Source: Dimorphilus gyrociliatus (lineage: Eukaryota > Animalia > Annelida). From it: 64,000 nucleotides of DNA. Position 1 is the first letter of the stretch. Each line of letters opens with the position of its first letter. Positions 38,601 to 52,640 of the stretch are shown in pieces. The position numbers were made by a program, and so were the translations under genes. The notes below the pieces were generated by a model. That model had not been told where the DNA came from. It searched no databases and worked only from the letters and a program-made list of their open reading frames with translations. The stretch covers positions 3,749,689-3,813,688 of the forward strand of contig CAJFCJ010000005.1 in assembly GCA_904063045.1 (NCBI GenBank). The letters run 5' to 3'.

Positions 38601-39638
38601 GATAGATGAAGACGGAAGAAAGGTCAATGCTTTTAATGCAATTAAATATAATGATTGATAGGTGGCAAACATCATTAAAAAAAAGGTGATTACGATTAAA
38701 TAGAGTGTAAAAGAGAAGGACGAAACGAAGATTGTGCACGGAATTCATTGATTGTTTGCTGGTGATTAAAGAGCAAGAAGTGAGCAATGGAGAGTGATAT
38801 ATTGTTTGCGACGTTCTTTTGTCTGATACGGCAAGAGTGGATAGAATGAGTGGGGAAAGGTTTGAAAATAAAGGAGGAATGAGGTAGATTGTTTTTCTCT
38901 ATTTCCTTTCTAGTCGACCTCTTCTTGTCTAATCGTAATTAAACCCGAGAAAAAAGTATATTCCGGTTTGTCATCGCTTTGTTAAATCGATTTTGCATTT
39001 AAAACACTCTCGTTTGTAAGTTGCTTGAGGCGTATAAGCCTACAGCGGTTTGTGTACGGTCTAATTGCCGCACGTCAGTTTGTCATGTTTGTCGTTGGAG
39101 CGTGTTCTGGAGATATATATGTTGTTTGCCATTTATTAGGCTTGTTTATTAGGCGTAAAAAGTTTTTCTCCTATCCTCCTACGCCCCCGCCTTTATTTAG
39201 AATCGTTTTATCTTCAATAGTCGCTCGCTCCGCCCACTTTTCTACTATAGATAATCTCACCTCCCTCCACCTTGTTCAAGAGTCGTGACATGGAGCAGAC
39301 GAAGCATACTTGATGAAATTACGTCGAATAATCGGTGCTATAGAGTTTTTCATGGTTTGTTACTTCTCTATTAGCACGGAATATATAGAAGAATATGTTT
39401 CTATATATAGTTATATAAAAGCTAGACAAGAGAGTAAAGGACGTGATAAACTGTGCGTGTAATGATATGAATATATTAGCATTGTTTGTGAAATTTACTC
39501 TTTACATTCTATAAAGTCTGTTGTATAATTGCATATAGAGTTGTTTTATTTTCAAGAAAAGGGATAGAAAACACCGACTAAAGATCTACATCAAACACGC
39601 AAGGGGGGTTAAGAATATGGAAGAATGGAAAAACTGCA

Positions 39639-39674
<36 letters not shown>

Positions 39675-40072
39675 CAGTATATATAAACGAAAGTCGAATT
39701 TTTCACCGTTTGCTTGGCGCTTTAAGTAATTGGAGAGAGTTAATTACTTTTTGACCGTTTTCTATTTATAAATTATGCATAGAATAAGTAATGTATACTG
39801 TAAAAAGAAAAAAGAGAAAGAATAAGAAATAGGCGACAAAAAGAAAGAGTGGGGGAGAGACAAGAGAGGTGGTGAAGCAAGAGAGATAGCGGTGAGAAAT
39901 TGTATGAAAAAGAGAAGAAATCAAAAGGAAAGATTTAATAGGAAAGATGAAGAAATATAGTGTAGAAGATATGACAAAGATATTTCAAGTATTCATATCA
40001 AATAACCAACTACAAAACTTGACAACTACACGCCAATGCACAGTCGGTGTCCGCGGAAATTGTACGACTGTC

Positions 40073-40106
40073 TGACGTCATTCCGGTAGAACATTACCAT
40101 AGAAAC
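40073..40106. promoter_or_regulatory. CRE + ETS-like + RFX X-box cluster in a CpG-rich island with no adjacent CDS
   Basis: TGACGTCA 40073-40080 immediately followed by TTCCGG; ATTACCATAGAAAC 40093-40106 fits the X-box consensus RTHNYY-WT-RRNRAC. Motif evidence only. Confidence 0.4.
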
Positions 40107-40923
40107 GACGACGCTTGAAAAGGACATATAGCGCTTCCGCCGACCGCGATAATGAGTTGGGACGTCGGTAGTTTGTTGCCTATTGTTTGTCGGTGAGACG
40201 GCGCTTTTCCATTTAGCTTGTCAGTCTCATAATCCGGCAAGGGTTTCATTTTGATATTTATAGTTATATACTAGACGTGCCGTTCATTTTCCGAAAAGGA
40301 TCAGTCTCAAGGCATTTTCTGCCCTTTTCAGCAACCCTCCTTCGGGCCGCCGCTTTGATTTGTGATATACGAACGACACCCTCTCTAATAGGGGTCAGCA
40401 TTAACAAAATGTTTACCATTTTGTTATGTAAACATGTTTATATATGTACTTCTATATTGTTCATACATGGACAAACTATAACTATGTATGCGTATGTACA
40501 CATTATATGCTCTGTGTGCATATACTAAAGGTAGCCGAGGGCTATAATTTTATGCAGCGCTTTAAGAGTGTCGCGTGTTCTGACCGCTTTTGTGGTCATA
40601 TTCTTACAGGTCTCGTCTCAGGTAGAACTGTTGTTAATTAGTTCAGGTGTTCTATTCACCTTTTCTACAACATGCAGGCGCATTAACTCTCCTTATAAGA
40701 CATATAATGTGTTCGGTCTATGTGCATTTGTCTACAATCGCGTGCTATAACAATAAGGAGACCGGCACATATACGAGTTCGTCACGGCGGAATGAAAATA
40801 GAATAAAGAGGAATAAATGCAGCAGCGAGTCATTTAGATCCTCATAAGTAATCCACCGACGTTTTTTTCTCCTCTTTTTCTAACCTTTTCTCTCGCTCAT
40901 TCCATTCCTGCCTTCCTCCTTTT

Positions 40924-40959
40924 CTCACTCACTCACTCACTCACTCACTCACTCACTCA
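40924..40959. repeat. (CTCA)n tetranucleotide microsatellite
   Basis: Direct reading. Confidence 0.9.
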
Positions 40960-41866
40960 TTTGCTCACTCACAACTCACTCTCTTCATCGTATTTTCCCC
41001 TCCCTCTCCTCCTCCCTTGCGTTCTTCTCATCTCAGTCTCTGCCCAGCCTCTCCCTTTCCCTTTCTCTCTTTCTCCCTCTTTTCCTCTCTCACTCTCTCA
41101 CTCTCTCGCTGAATTGGCGCTAACCTCATTCTCTATCCCTTGCTCTCCTCAGCGTACCAATTAAAACTTTCATTTCTAATCCCCCTTGCATTCCCAATTC
41201 GTTCGTTAAATATCACATAATATTCTTACGATTTACTCCCCCAGTAATTTCTTTAAAGCTCTTCACATCTACCACTGTGAAAAAAAAGCAATATTTGGAC
41301 GCCCAACAAACAATGCTGGTGGATACTTATGACATGAGTTAGGGGTGAAAGGCGTCACACCAACTCTTTTTTTTTTGAGCTATAGTTTTTAAGCACTTGG
41401 GATTGCTTTTTCCTGGCTTTTTTTTTATCTTTTTCTTTTTTCATCTATAGCTCGATCGTTGCAAGTAACTACAGTTATATAGAATGTAGGTACGAGTATA
41501 GAATTTGCAATAGAAATTTGCTATTAGATACTATTAATATACATATAATATATTAAATAATACACATTTATATAATTGAAGATTGTTTTGGGATAAATGT
41601 ATTTTCTAGATTTTTTCCAAAACAGAATTAAATCACACATTGAACAGGCAAATCTAAAGAATTGTGGGCACATAATGCTGTTTATGCAGATATTTTTTTC
41701 TCGTTCTTTTGACCTCCTGCATGTATGTCATAAACTTAAAATGAATATAATATATGCACACTCTCACCATTTGGGTTAAGATGCTGTAAATAAGTTATTG
41801 ATAAGTTTTAGATATAATAAGTAGAGCAAAGAACAAAAAGAGAGAAATGTATACATATTATATACG

Positions 41867-41910
<44 letters not shown>

Positions 41911-43066
41911 ATATCTTATATATAGCATCTTTTAGTTATTTTCGTATGTACAATTTTTTCTCAACAATTTCAACAAACTACCTACAGCAGATAAAATATA
42001 CTTTTTTAAGAACAGGATAGATTGGTCCTAGATACGTTCAATAAATTCATAAAGCACGCTCGTTTCTGTTTACAGTATATATATATAATATAATTGAATA
42101 AAGAACTAAACAACCATATATATATATATGGTTGTTTATCTATGTACAGCACTTGCTCTTCGAGATAAATACGCCTATGTAAATATTTTTTGATGATGAA
42201 ATGCGTATAATTGTAACTTGGAGCAGGCACTGTACATATAGAACATAGGAAAACTTAGATGTCAATACATGTCCCTATATGTTAGATATATATTTATGTA
42301 TACATATATATATTAGTATATATATATATACATTTTCAAGGACTCTATTGAGAGGCAATAGGTGTGCACAGAAAACAACTTGGAATGCAAATAAAAATTC
42401 TTCTAAGAACAAAACAAAGCAAAAAATGATAAACAAAGGAAATATTTAAAGTTATGGAACGATGGAAGCTCTTTTGTTAGGTCTAAATAGCGAATAAACA
42501 ATATTATGTGTATATAGGACATATATAAATACATGTATATATATCTTATTCATTATCGTACTGGCTGGAATGTTTAAAATGTGAGGTTTCTTCCTTTTTT
42601 AAATCGGTTACCTTTTCAGAAAATGGCCTTCAAAAAATAAGAATAAAAGCAATAGAATGTAAAATTTGAAAGAGATGAACAATCAAAGAACAATTTCATA
42701 ATGATAGATAAATAACATAAGTAATTTTATGTCGCTTTTTACATAATCAGTATATAGTCAGCCTATATATATACAGCTTATACAGACAGATTTTCTGTAC
42801 ATAATTATGGCTAAATAGAGGACTCTCTTCGGTTTTTTGTTGTCATTTCAATAACATATTTAAAATTTAAGATTCGCAAAATAAAACATTTTCGATAAAA
42901 CAAAGAACAACACTAGGATTATTTTTGGGGGCAAAAGTTTTCCCAACTTGATGCATTGTGAGGATTGTGGCAGTTTTTTGTATTTTTTTTGTTTCTTAAC
43001 TGGTCAAAAAAATAAACATCCTTGGATTATGTTCTTATGTCCTCTTCCAACACCCAGCTATACCTT

Positions 43067-43552
43067 CTAACTTCCTATATTTTCTTTCTTTGAAGAGGGT
43101 AGCCCGGGTTGGTTTTTCGTTTCACCTAATTCGTACATAGGGCTTTCACCCCTCATATCGCAAACGACGTTTGTTAACGCCATTATATAATTCTTGGCTA
43201 GCATTAAGGTCTCAATCTTTGATAATTTCCGGCTCATCTTTACGTGAGGGATCACTTCTCGCAATCCTTGAAAGGCGTCGTTCAGCGAATGCATTCTCAT
43301 TCTTTCTCTTTCGTTACTTTCCAATCGTCTGAGGTTTCTTTCCCTTGCATTTAGGGCTTTCCTCCGCCGTTGTCCTCCGTTTCTCTTACCGAGTGTTGAT
43401 GATGTTCGCTGCCTTTTAGCCGCCGTAGGTTCATCCCCGTTGGCCGACGAGGAATCCGATGGGGAGTTGGATGTTGTAGAGACTGAATCAGTTCCTGGAA
43501 GTGATCGTTTTCTCATTTCATAGTCCGTAGTCCTCCACCCGGCTACGTCCAT
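43067..43552 (-). CDS. dimm: bHLH transcription factor Dimmed / Mist1 (BHLHA15) orthologue, 161 aa, single coding exon
   Basis: The b[60 protein letters not shown] is the Mist1/Dimmed signature. Confidence 0.9.
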   Translation of the reverse strand: MDVAGWRTTDYEMRKRSLPGTDSVSTTSNSPSDSSSANGDEPTAAKRQRTSSTLGKRNGGQRRRKALNARERNLRRLESNERERMRMHSLNDAFQGLREVIPHVKMSRKLSKIETLMLAKNYIMALTNVVCDMRGESPMYELGETKNQPGLPSSKKENIGS

Positions 43553-45540
43553 GCCTTATCAATAGACAGATGGAATGAATAGATAAAAAAATAACAAAAA
43601 ATAGTCAAAAAAAAAAAATAAAAATTAATCAAGTAGAAAAAAAGATGTAAAGAGCAAAAAGGAGTCAACAAAAATTGTTAATAATCGACCAACTGTTGAC
43701 ATACATATATACTACATACGACTTTCCATAAAAAATCAAATGAACATATAGATATAACCTTATCCGCAAAAATTGCTAATTGATTATCGTTATTATCCAA
43801 GAAGTAAGAGAGGAATTCGTAAAATAAAAGCTTATAAATTTATCTTCTTTTATACACGGCACAGAATATTACCTTATTCTACACAGTGGAAAGGTAATAA
43901 GCTGCAATATATAATCCGCAAGAACCTTTTCATTCAGCGAAAAGGTGGAGTATCCGCAGTATATATATATACTGTATATTTAGATATATAATATTTAGAT
44001 ATATAATGCATATATATATATATATATATATATATTTTGTACCATAAAATAGAAAAGAATGATATCAGTTTTTGTTATTTAAGATGATTTTGACCTTGAA
44101 TTTCTAACCGGTTCCCTTTTATTCTTCATTATCCTGTCTAGAGCATTAACAAGTGAATGCCGATTGAAGAGATTCTTTACGCACAATACAACGTGATATA
44201 GAAAAATATACGCATACTATTTTAAAGAATAAAATAAGAATATAATATTAATACATATAAGAATAAAATTTATATAAACTGTACGTATTTAATAGTAAAT
44301 GCAAATAGTAAAACAGATGAATCACCTTTATATTGCTCTATCTAATTGCTATTTACTGGTTCAAATATACTGGATTATCCAATATGATACAACAATATTG
44401 TATTTCCATTCAGACTGGCCCTGATCTATTTTCAGACTCGAAAGATATTACATAAAATATACAAGTTGCTTAGTCTTTAGGTAGAAAATTATCAGCAATA
44501 TCTAATTCAATACAAATTTAGGAATGTTTTGTTTTTCTCCAAATACAAATAGCTGGATAAAATAGAGATTTATATGGATAATTTATCGACATTTTGATTA
44601 AGATAAAATCGAAAACAAAGCGAATGGAACATTAAGATAATTAGCTTCTCGATTTGCAATCAATTCATTCCTCTTCCGCCTTTTTTTGTACTTTCTAGTA
44701 CATTTTAGTATGATTTAATTATGCAAAAGCTAAACATATATAAATAGGCGAATATAACTTGAAACGAGAGTCACGTTCTGAGTCACATTTCACTTTTGCA
44801 GTTCAGTACGTGATTCGGATTTGTACGTATCTATATATACGTCGGCTACAAATTGATTTAGACGGCGGATTATCTGGGCGGTCTATAGGCGATTTTATAC
44901 AGCACTCCATTAGGGAACGGGTCCCGACCGTTTTCTCTGCTTAAGTAAAATAGACTGGAGGAAAAGCGCAATTATGAAGGAAAAAACGAGGGAACCTGGT
45001 AAAACAAACGAGCGCCTCGGGAATGGAATCAATCAGTGTAGTGAAGAAGTCTTACATGCTAATGCGGCGAGTAGGTTTGTAATTAGTTTGCAGGAAGTTG
45101 GCTCGACAGCAACATCTGTACACGTTCTTTTAATTCGCGCCATTGATCAACCTTATTTATTCAGCTTAACATTTTCTTTATGATTGATATATCCGTTTGT
45201 CTTCCTGTTTTTTCTATTCTTTGTCGCTTCATATAGTCTTTTCTCTTCCACCATTCTCTTCCTCGCATCCCTCAACTTCATTCCACTGTTTATCTTTATC
45301 TATCAGTTTATTCTCTTTAAAATATTTTCAAAGAAAGACTAGCAGTGGATGTTCACTGGCCCACAAAAATAGGGGCGAAAAGAGTATCTAAAGAGTCAAG
45401 GTCTATTTTCTTTCAGTGATCAATAATCGTTTACATAATTTTACTTTTATACGACTAAAAGCTATATTCAGGCTATGAATGAATATATCTATATACATGT
45501 ATAAATATATATATATACTGTAAATGTATAGTATATCTAC

Positions 45541-45582
<42 letters not shown>

Positions 45583-46346
45583 TAAATATATCTTTAATTA
45601 TTACATTTATAAGGCTCCTTATAATAAATAAATCGGGAACTGCATTAACAATAGTTCGCAATATGTAATAATCCACCTACATATTTCATATATTGTATAT
45701 GATGCACACTATCACATTTACAAATACATGTGTACATGAAGCCCTATATGAAAAGGAAGGAATAGATATAAATAGACTAATAATATATCTATATGTAGAT
45801 ATATATATTCATCTTTACTCCACTCTTTATACATTTCCTACTCACATAATACGATAATGTTCCTTATATACAAATATATATGACATATATGTAATATATG
45901 CGGCATCTGCTATATCTCTTCTATTTATTTATTTATGCTTATATATGGGGTAAGAGTCGCCATAGTTGTAGCTTATCCTGATAAAAAATGAAAGACTGCT
46001 TACGCAACAGATTTTGAAACCCCCTTCATTTTTTTTACTTTTTTATATCCTGATGGAATAATCCAAACGCTTACGAATTTCCATCATTTATATTCGCTTC
46101 AAATGGCTTGACTACTTTTTCTACGGAAACATGACATCTATATATAGCAAAATATTATTAATATATACTATCATATGGATATACGCTTCATATAATAATG
46201 TATAACAATGTATATAATGTATATATACATATATATAGCATATCCGCTTTTAATATATTATAATATATGAAACTAGATGAATATTTTCTATATATAAATA
46301 TACCGCACATAGATATCGTATATACCTTTTTATAGTTTATATACAG

Positions 46347-46381
<35 letters not shown>

Positions 46382-48122
46382 ATGTATACATACGAAAATA
46401 CATATATACAGTATATACTGCATAATCTAATACACGAAATGTGTGTTAAACTATATCGAAAATTTACTTATAAATATATATCTTATAGACAAGTACTGCA
46501 TGTTACCTATTTCAATCGATATACAACGAGAATTATCTCGTCCTGCCGTCCAACAGGTGCGCGACAATTTCCGTTTCGCTATATATGTACATTTACTCCT
46601 TGTATACATAAACTCATATATGTATATACTGAATATATGCGGGTTTAAATACACTGATATGAACCAACGATGATGGGGGTTGGGGGGAGGAGAACTGTGG
46701 GCGGGCGAGCGAAAGATAGATAGATTGATAAAATGATAGAAAAATCTATGAAAAGAGAAAAAAAAACTTGGTTTATTGGAAAATAGAATAATGTGGAAAG
46801 AGTGAGAGAGTGAGTGAGTGAGAGAGAGAGAGAGAGAGAGAAAAAAAAAGAGTAACTGAAGGAAAAGAAAAATAGTGTGAGGGAGGATAGAGAGATAGAG
46901 AGAGAGACAGAGAGAGAGAGAGAGACAGAGAAAAGAGTAAGATTGAGAGAAAAAGGGATGGGAAGGGAGTAAAAAGAGAAAAGGGTAGAGAAAATTATTG
47001 AAATATTCTTTGTGTTTAAATGAACAAAAAGATAAAAAAAAAACACTTTTGTTCTTTTAGTGAAAAAAAAAACCGAACATTTCTCTTTTGCGCCGGCTGT
47101 TTATAGGCTTGAAAAGGACTAGAACACATGTTCTCTCCGGATAGAATAAGAGAGAAATATAGCTAACGTGAACAATATATGGACATAAATAAAACGGGGA
47201 AGAAAACAAAAAAAAATCGATTAAAGGTTGTCGCATGAAACAAAGGATAGGCGACGTAGGATTGCGATGCTAAGTCTATTTGACAAAATCACTATGATAT
47301 GTCCTGTTCATCTATCATTTTCTATCATTTTAGCTGGGCCGGTTATAAATCCTCTATACTTAACGAGTTAAGAACACTCAACGTTCTTTTCATCGATTCT
47401 CTTTTATACCATACGTTTATTTATCTACCAACTAATGTACATATGTATCTTATGGATAGTCCTTATTACACAATTCACATATATTAAACACCTAAAGCAC
47501 ACGCGAAGACATAAAGTCAGGCACAATAACATTAACGGTTTCACATATATATAGATGTGTCTAAATTACGTGAACTTTATATGGCGGGAACCTATTAAGA
47601 CCGAAGAAGAAAGTGTACATCTGATTACCAACACCCTACATAACATTATATATATATAAAAGGAGAACGGTTTTCGTGATAATTCGGCAGCTGACAGGTT
47701 TCAAAAACTGCTTAGTCGCATTATATCAAAGACGATACAGCCGAAAGATAAACAGTGTGGAAAGACACTAATTAATATGGCTAAAAATAATTTGGAGACA
47801 AACTAGCTGTCTGTATAGGTCATACATCGGACGTTCCTCGGCTTGGCTTGTAAAGAAAATGTCAAGTGGAGACGGTTTTTTGTTTGCTCATACGATTATA
47901 TCGATTTTCATCTAGCCTTTCGAGACACCGGATAAGATAAAGGCGATCGTTAATAAATCACCCGACAAACTTCTACTATAGACTTACCTGTAGAAAAAAA
48001 TAACAGAGAATTCACGGAACGACAAACGATTGAAATCGACGAAGCGAACGTGTCGGACGAACGACTGCACTAGCGCGGCATCTATACTGCATTACTTGAT
48101 TTGCATACCGTCGTACGATGGA

Positions 48123-48145
48123 CCAATCAGCTCGTAGTGACGTCA
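48123..48145. promoter_or_regulatory. CCAAT + CRE, candidate dimm promoter upstream of a non-coding first exon ending at 47988
   Basis: CCAAT 48123-48127, TGACGTCA 48138-48145, and a consensus minus-strand donor CAG|GTAAGT at 47988/47987. Confidence 0.4.
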
Positions 48146-49468
48146 TACGTAACGCAAAACCATCAATGAACTCTATACAGTGCGTGGGATCGTTCCTTCG
48201 AAATTATCAGCAGCAATTTAGCGTGGTATAGTATACATAGACTCGGTCGGTCGCCTGCCATTTATCGATCTCAGCGTTTATAAATAGAAAATAACACAAG
48301 CGTCTCTATATATTTCTATGGACTTATTTTTGTCCGTTTGCAACAAGTAATTGTCACACCTTTCCTTAATAGTCGAAGATTTCTAGCCCCTAAATATACC
48401 ATGTACAGTAGGCCTATGCGTGGAAATATTTATTCGAGTATTAGAATCAAGACATTTTATCAATTTTATATACTCCACTTATAAGAATTTGTTTATTAGA
48501 AGAAGAAACGCAACGTTTTTTCCTGTCGTGGTACAATGTTATATATATATATATAAATATCTGTACGCTTTTTATTTATTTATGCTTGTCCAGATATAAA
48601 CAATACATACTTATATACATCTGACTTGTAATTACACATGTATAATTTGAAGAACGTGCGAATGACTGCTGCCTACGGAGACAATTAGCGACTTTTCTGC
48701 TTTCGTCATATCTTATCGCCGAGCATATGTTCCTTCTCAACAAGCGCTCGCATTCTCGCCTACATTTATAAACTGCAATATCAGCAATTGCAGACAGACT
48801 GTGACGAGCGTCCTCCAGGGAAAGGGCGGACGTTGTGAACGTGTTTTCCCTTAGCGTCTCCGGCATTCGACGTAGATGCAATTCAGATACATTTACTCCA
48901 ATTTTACATACAACAAGCTGTTGTCGACAAAATATTATCTCTCATTCTTTTTCATTACTTTTTATACACTTAATAAGCGAGCTCTGTCGAACATGACATT
49001 TCATTCAAGGCCAAGGTCCTATTAACAGGTTTCATAAAAGCTGCGTGTAGTGTTGATGTGTTCATTAATTATTTACTGATTGTCGTTTAAGCACCTGCCG
49101 AATTATCTTAGCCTTTTTTTAATTATCCAAATGGATTAACTGTTCCCATTTACGAACTACTATTTCTAGTCCTAAAATGTATGCTTCCTCTAATCGATAA
49201 ACAATAGTTGTTACTTTACTTAAAGCCCTAGAAATTTTTATTATCCCAAAGGGATATGGTAGGGTTGGCTAGAGGTCCCTTCCAAAATGCTTCGTCTATA
49301 ATGTTTTCAAGCGATCCCTCGACTATTCTCTTTTCTATTACGTCACGCCGATACTTTGTTGACACTCTTATTGAATATGTCAGGCGCTAAATCATGACTA
49401 AAATAGGGGATTAGCTGTAGCGCGGGTCGAAAACAAAGAATTGTATTAAAACATAAGTAATCCACAAA

Positions 49469-49470
<2 letters not shown>

Positions 49471-49515
<45 letters not shown>

Positions 49516-49562
49516 TATATATATATTAGTATATATATATATATATATATATACTGTATATA
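49471..49562. repeat. Interrupted (TA)n microsatellite
   Basis: Direct reading; contains TAG interruptions and a TACTGTA at 49552. Confidence 0.9.
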
Positions 49563-52134
49563 CGTTTATTTATATACATCAATACAATTTCATAATAAAG
49601 ATAGAAAATTATAGATAGCAAAGATATATATACATATATCTATACAGATAGAGGGAAAAAAGAGAATAATAGTTTGTCGTAAAAGAAGAACAATGACTGA
49701 TAGAACGAGGATAGTATTACCCACCTTCTGGCAACGTGTGACAGCCGACTTTTACTTCATGTATATTACTTAGCGATTATACTTCGGACTTTCCTCCAAT
49801 TAATTACATTTTTTCTTACTAATAACCTATAGAAATATTAGTTCTGTAAAAACACTACAAAGAGTTTACTTTTAATTAATTAGTATCAGCTGAGGCGGAG
49901 GTTTTGAGAATTTTCTCTATTTAAGACAGATGTCGCCACTTGCGCGAAAAAAAAGACATCTTTTTCACGTTGACTATCTGCCACAGGGAAAATTCTATTC
50001 TACACTTTTCAGCATTTCTTTAGCAACAGATGTCGCTAGGTGTTCTCATTGTCAACTTTACGACAAACAAAGCGATATAATTATTCGTAGACCCTGTTGA
50101 CCTATGTCCTGAACCGGTGGGTGGGCGGCCCAGGCAGCTGGAGACTCGTCGAGAATGGACACCACCGTCAAGTAGGATGACTTTTGAAGAACAAAGCCGA
50201 GCGCATTGGAGGGTCAGAGGTTGTTATCTCAATGCCGTCACTTTACGCATCCTCCTCCGGGCGAAGGTCAAGAAAATTCAGTGCGAAATGCTAATTGTCC
50301 AGCTGCACGTTTGCCAAGGACAAAGGATTTTGATTTCAATCCTTTGTAGAGCCGACGGTCAACAGAAAAGTGACAAAATTTTAATCATTGGCGTGACTCT
50401 ACATTCAAATTTGTTGAAAATGATGGATGAGTAAAATTCTGAGAGCTGTTTTTTCAATAAATCCTTTTCCAAGCTATTTAATGTCCATTAGAAAGGTCGA
50501 CTTTAACTTTTGGTGAAAAAGACCGGACTCTTCTTTTCCCACAGTGTAATTAACTTTTAATTACATCAATGTCATGGGAAGGACGAGATCGCCTTTTATA
50601 TTTTTTTTAGCCATACGTCAATAGATTTTAAATAGAAAAAAAATGTTTCCCAAATATAAAAGCTCTCTAAAGTATTTATCGATTCCTCATCGAAGTCATC
50701 AGCAATGATGTTTGTCACAAAAAGAAAACGACATTTTGGCACGTGTCAATTCCAGTTGACACCACGCACCTGCTGTAATTGTTGCTTGCAGTTTTTGCAG
50801 TTGGAGTTTCCGTTCTCGCCATAATGAGCGATTTAATGCCAATTGTTAGAGGGAGGGGGCAATTTTTTTTCTTTTATTAAACTCTTTAACCAATAGTTTT
50901 TATAATAAGTAATAAAGCAATTTGAATATTAATGAGTTAAGAGGAATGGAGAGTAGGTGTTTAACTAAAAATAAACGAACAGTATAAACAGTATCATAGT
51001 ATTCATAATTTTTTTATAAAGGTCAAATGGAAAATTAACATTTGCGTTGAATTCTAAACTCGGAACAAAAAAATTCTAATTATTCCCGTTTTGTCTGGTC
51101 TTCATCAGTGTCATGTCGGGAAAATGTGGCCCCGGGGATGTACACCTGTTCATTCATGTAATTAAGAACACTTTTCGACCACTTTAAAATTGTAAATCCG
51201 TAATATACCCTCATATTAACAAAGCGGAAAGGTACATGTGTATATGTACATTACTTTGTTCGCATTCCGTTAGGATATTAAATCTCGAAAGAAAAATTAA
51301 TCTAGCTGATAATGACTCTATCGGGCTGACCTTCGCACCGAGTCCGAGCAGCGGTCATCAACGAAAATATTTGCTATCAGATCATTTTACGGCTCCTATC
51401 CGGATGCATTGGATGAAAAGGATAAGGTTTTCCTTTATTTTTCCTGCGCCCTACTCTTTCTATTAAAACCCATTCACCCCCTCCAAAAAGTGTTCATAAA
51501 TAACTACCCAGGCGTTCAAGAACGTGCTGAAATCGCAATTGCCGGACGCGCCTCCTCTGCAGGAGGTAATGTCCACCCGACGTCAGCAATTTGACTAATT
51601 GATTGATTAACATATTCGTCCTTTTTGAACTCCTCTTCGACTCGTTTCAAACGAAAGACGCGTCTATTAATTCGAAAGTGAGATGAAGTTCGCTTCACGT
51701 GACGCCTTTTTAGTCGGGAGTGTGCAGAGTGCAGTTGGCTACGCATTTATAGAAATCACAAAATTCCGCGCACCTGCCTATATTTTTCTCCCCTAGATTT
51801 TAAAACTATTATTCCTTTTTCTCTTTTCCTTACACCTCTCCTTCCCCCTTCCTCCTTAGACTCCTCCTCCTCCTTTTCTTCTAACTATTTTCTGTTAGGG
51901 AGGGGGCGGGCTATTGAAAACTCTCGGCTTCCATAGAACTCAGTTGGAAAGCAGGAATTCCTTCGAAAACTGATCATTAAATTATTAACCGATCAATCAA
52001 TCGTCCAACATTCCTTACTCTATAGACCCGTAAAAGGAACGATGATTGAATGATTTGTGGCGAGAAGACACGCGTTAGACACACGCTACCGCGTCTTTCC
52101 TTTTCCGCTTACGTCTCCTCGCTATTCATCTCTT

Positions 52135-52640
52135 TTCCCACGCTACTCCTTTTTTTTCTTAAGACGGCTGTACGGTCTCCTTCTCGTACATTAAACTTAT
52201 GTACATGTGTAAACAATGTACGGGGCGTGCGATTTGGCGGTGGAATAAAGATTTAAACGAGTTATTGCATGCCAGTTTCGTTTAAAGAGAGAAAGACGTA
52301 AACGTCGTATTTATTTACGCTATATATTTATCAGCGTCACCCTTCCCTTATAAACGGTTATCACCTAGTTTATCGGGATAAGATGTCGACGAATGTCCTT
52401 GCCGATAAACGCCTATCGCTTCATCTATACGCCTTTCGTGAGAAAAAGCAAAGCGTTTGGTTGATGTTATAATCACTATGTCACGCTTGATTAGAAACGG
52501 AATTGCGTAATAAAATTTTTGTCACGTGATCTTTTGATCATACCCGACAGGATATTGCACAAAATTCTAGAACTTCGTATAAGGTAACTACTAGCTACTT
52601 TGAAAGAGGAACGCCTGACGTCACGTTGCGCAACTTCCGG
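52135..52640. promoter_or_regulatory. Candidate Notch-responsive enhancer 3' of Hey
   Basis: RBPJ/Su(H) sites CGTGGGAA (minus, 52135-52142) and CGTGAGAA (52437-52444); ATTGCGTAAT 52502-52511; CACGTG 52523-52528; TGACGTCA 52616-52623; GTTGCGCAAC 52625-52634; CTTCCGG 52634-52640. Confidence 0.45.

Noticed and set aside
48123-48142. ER-stress element (CCAAT-N9-CCACG) at the candidate dimm promoter
   Set aside because: After N9 the sequence is GTGAC, not CCACG; reported only as CCAAT + CRE.
50117-50434. 105-aa ORF between Hey and dimm
   Set aside because: Non-ATG start, no recognisable domain or splice context; more likely regulatory DNA.
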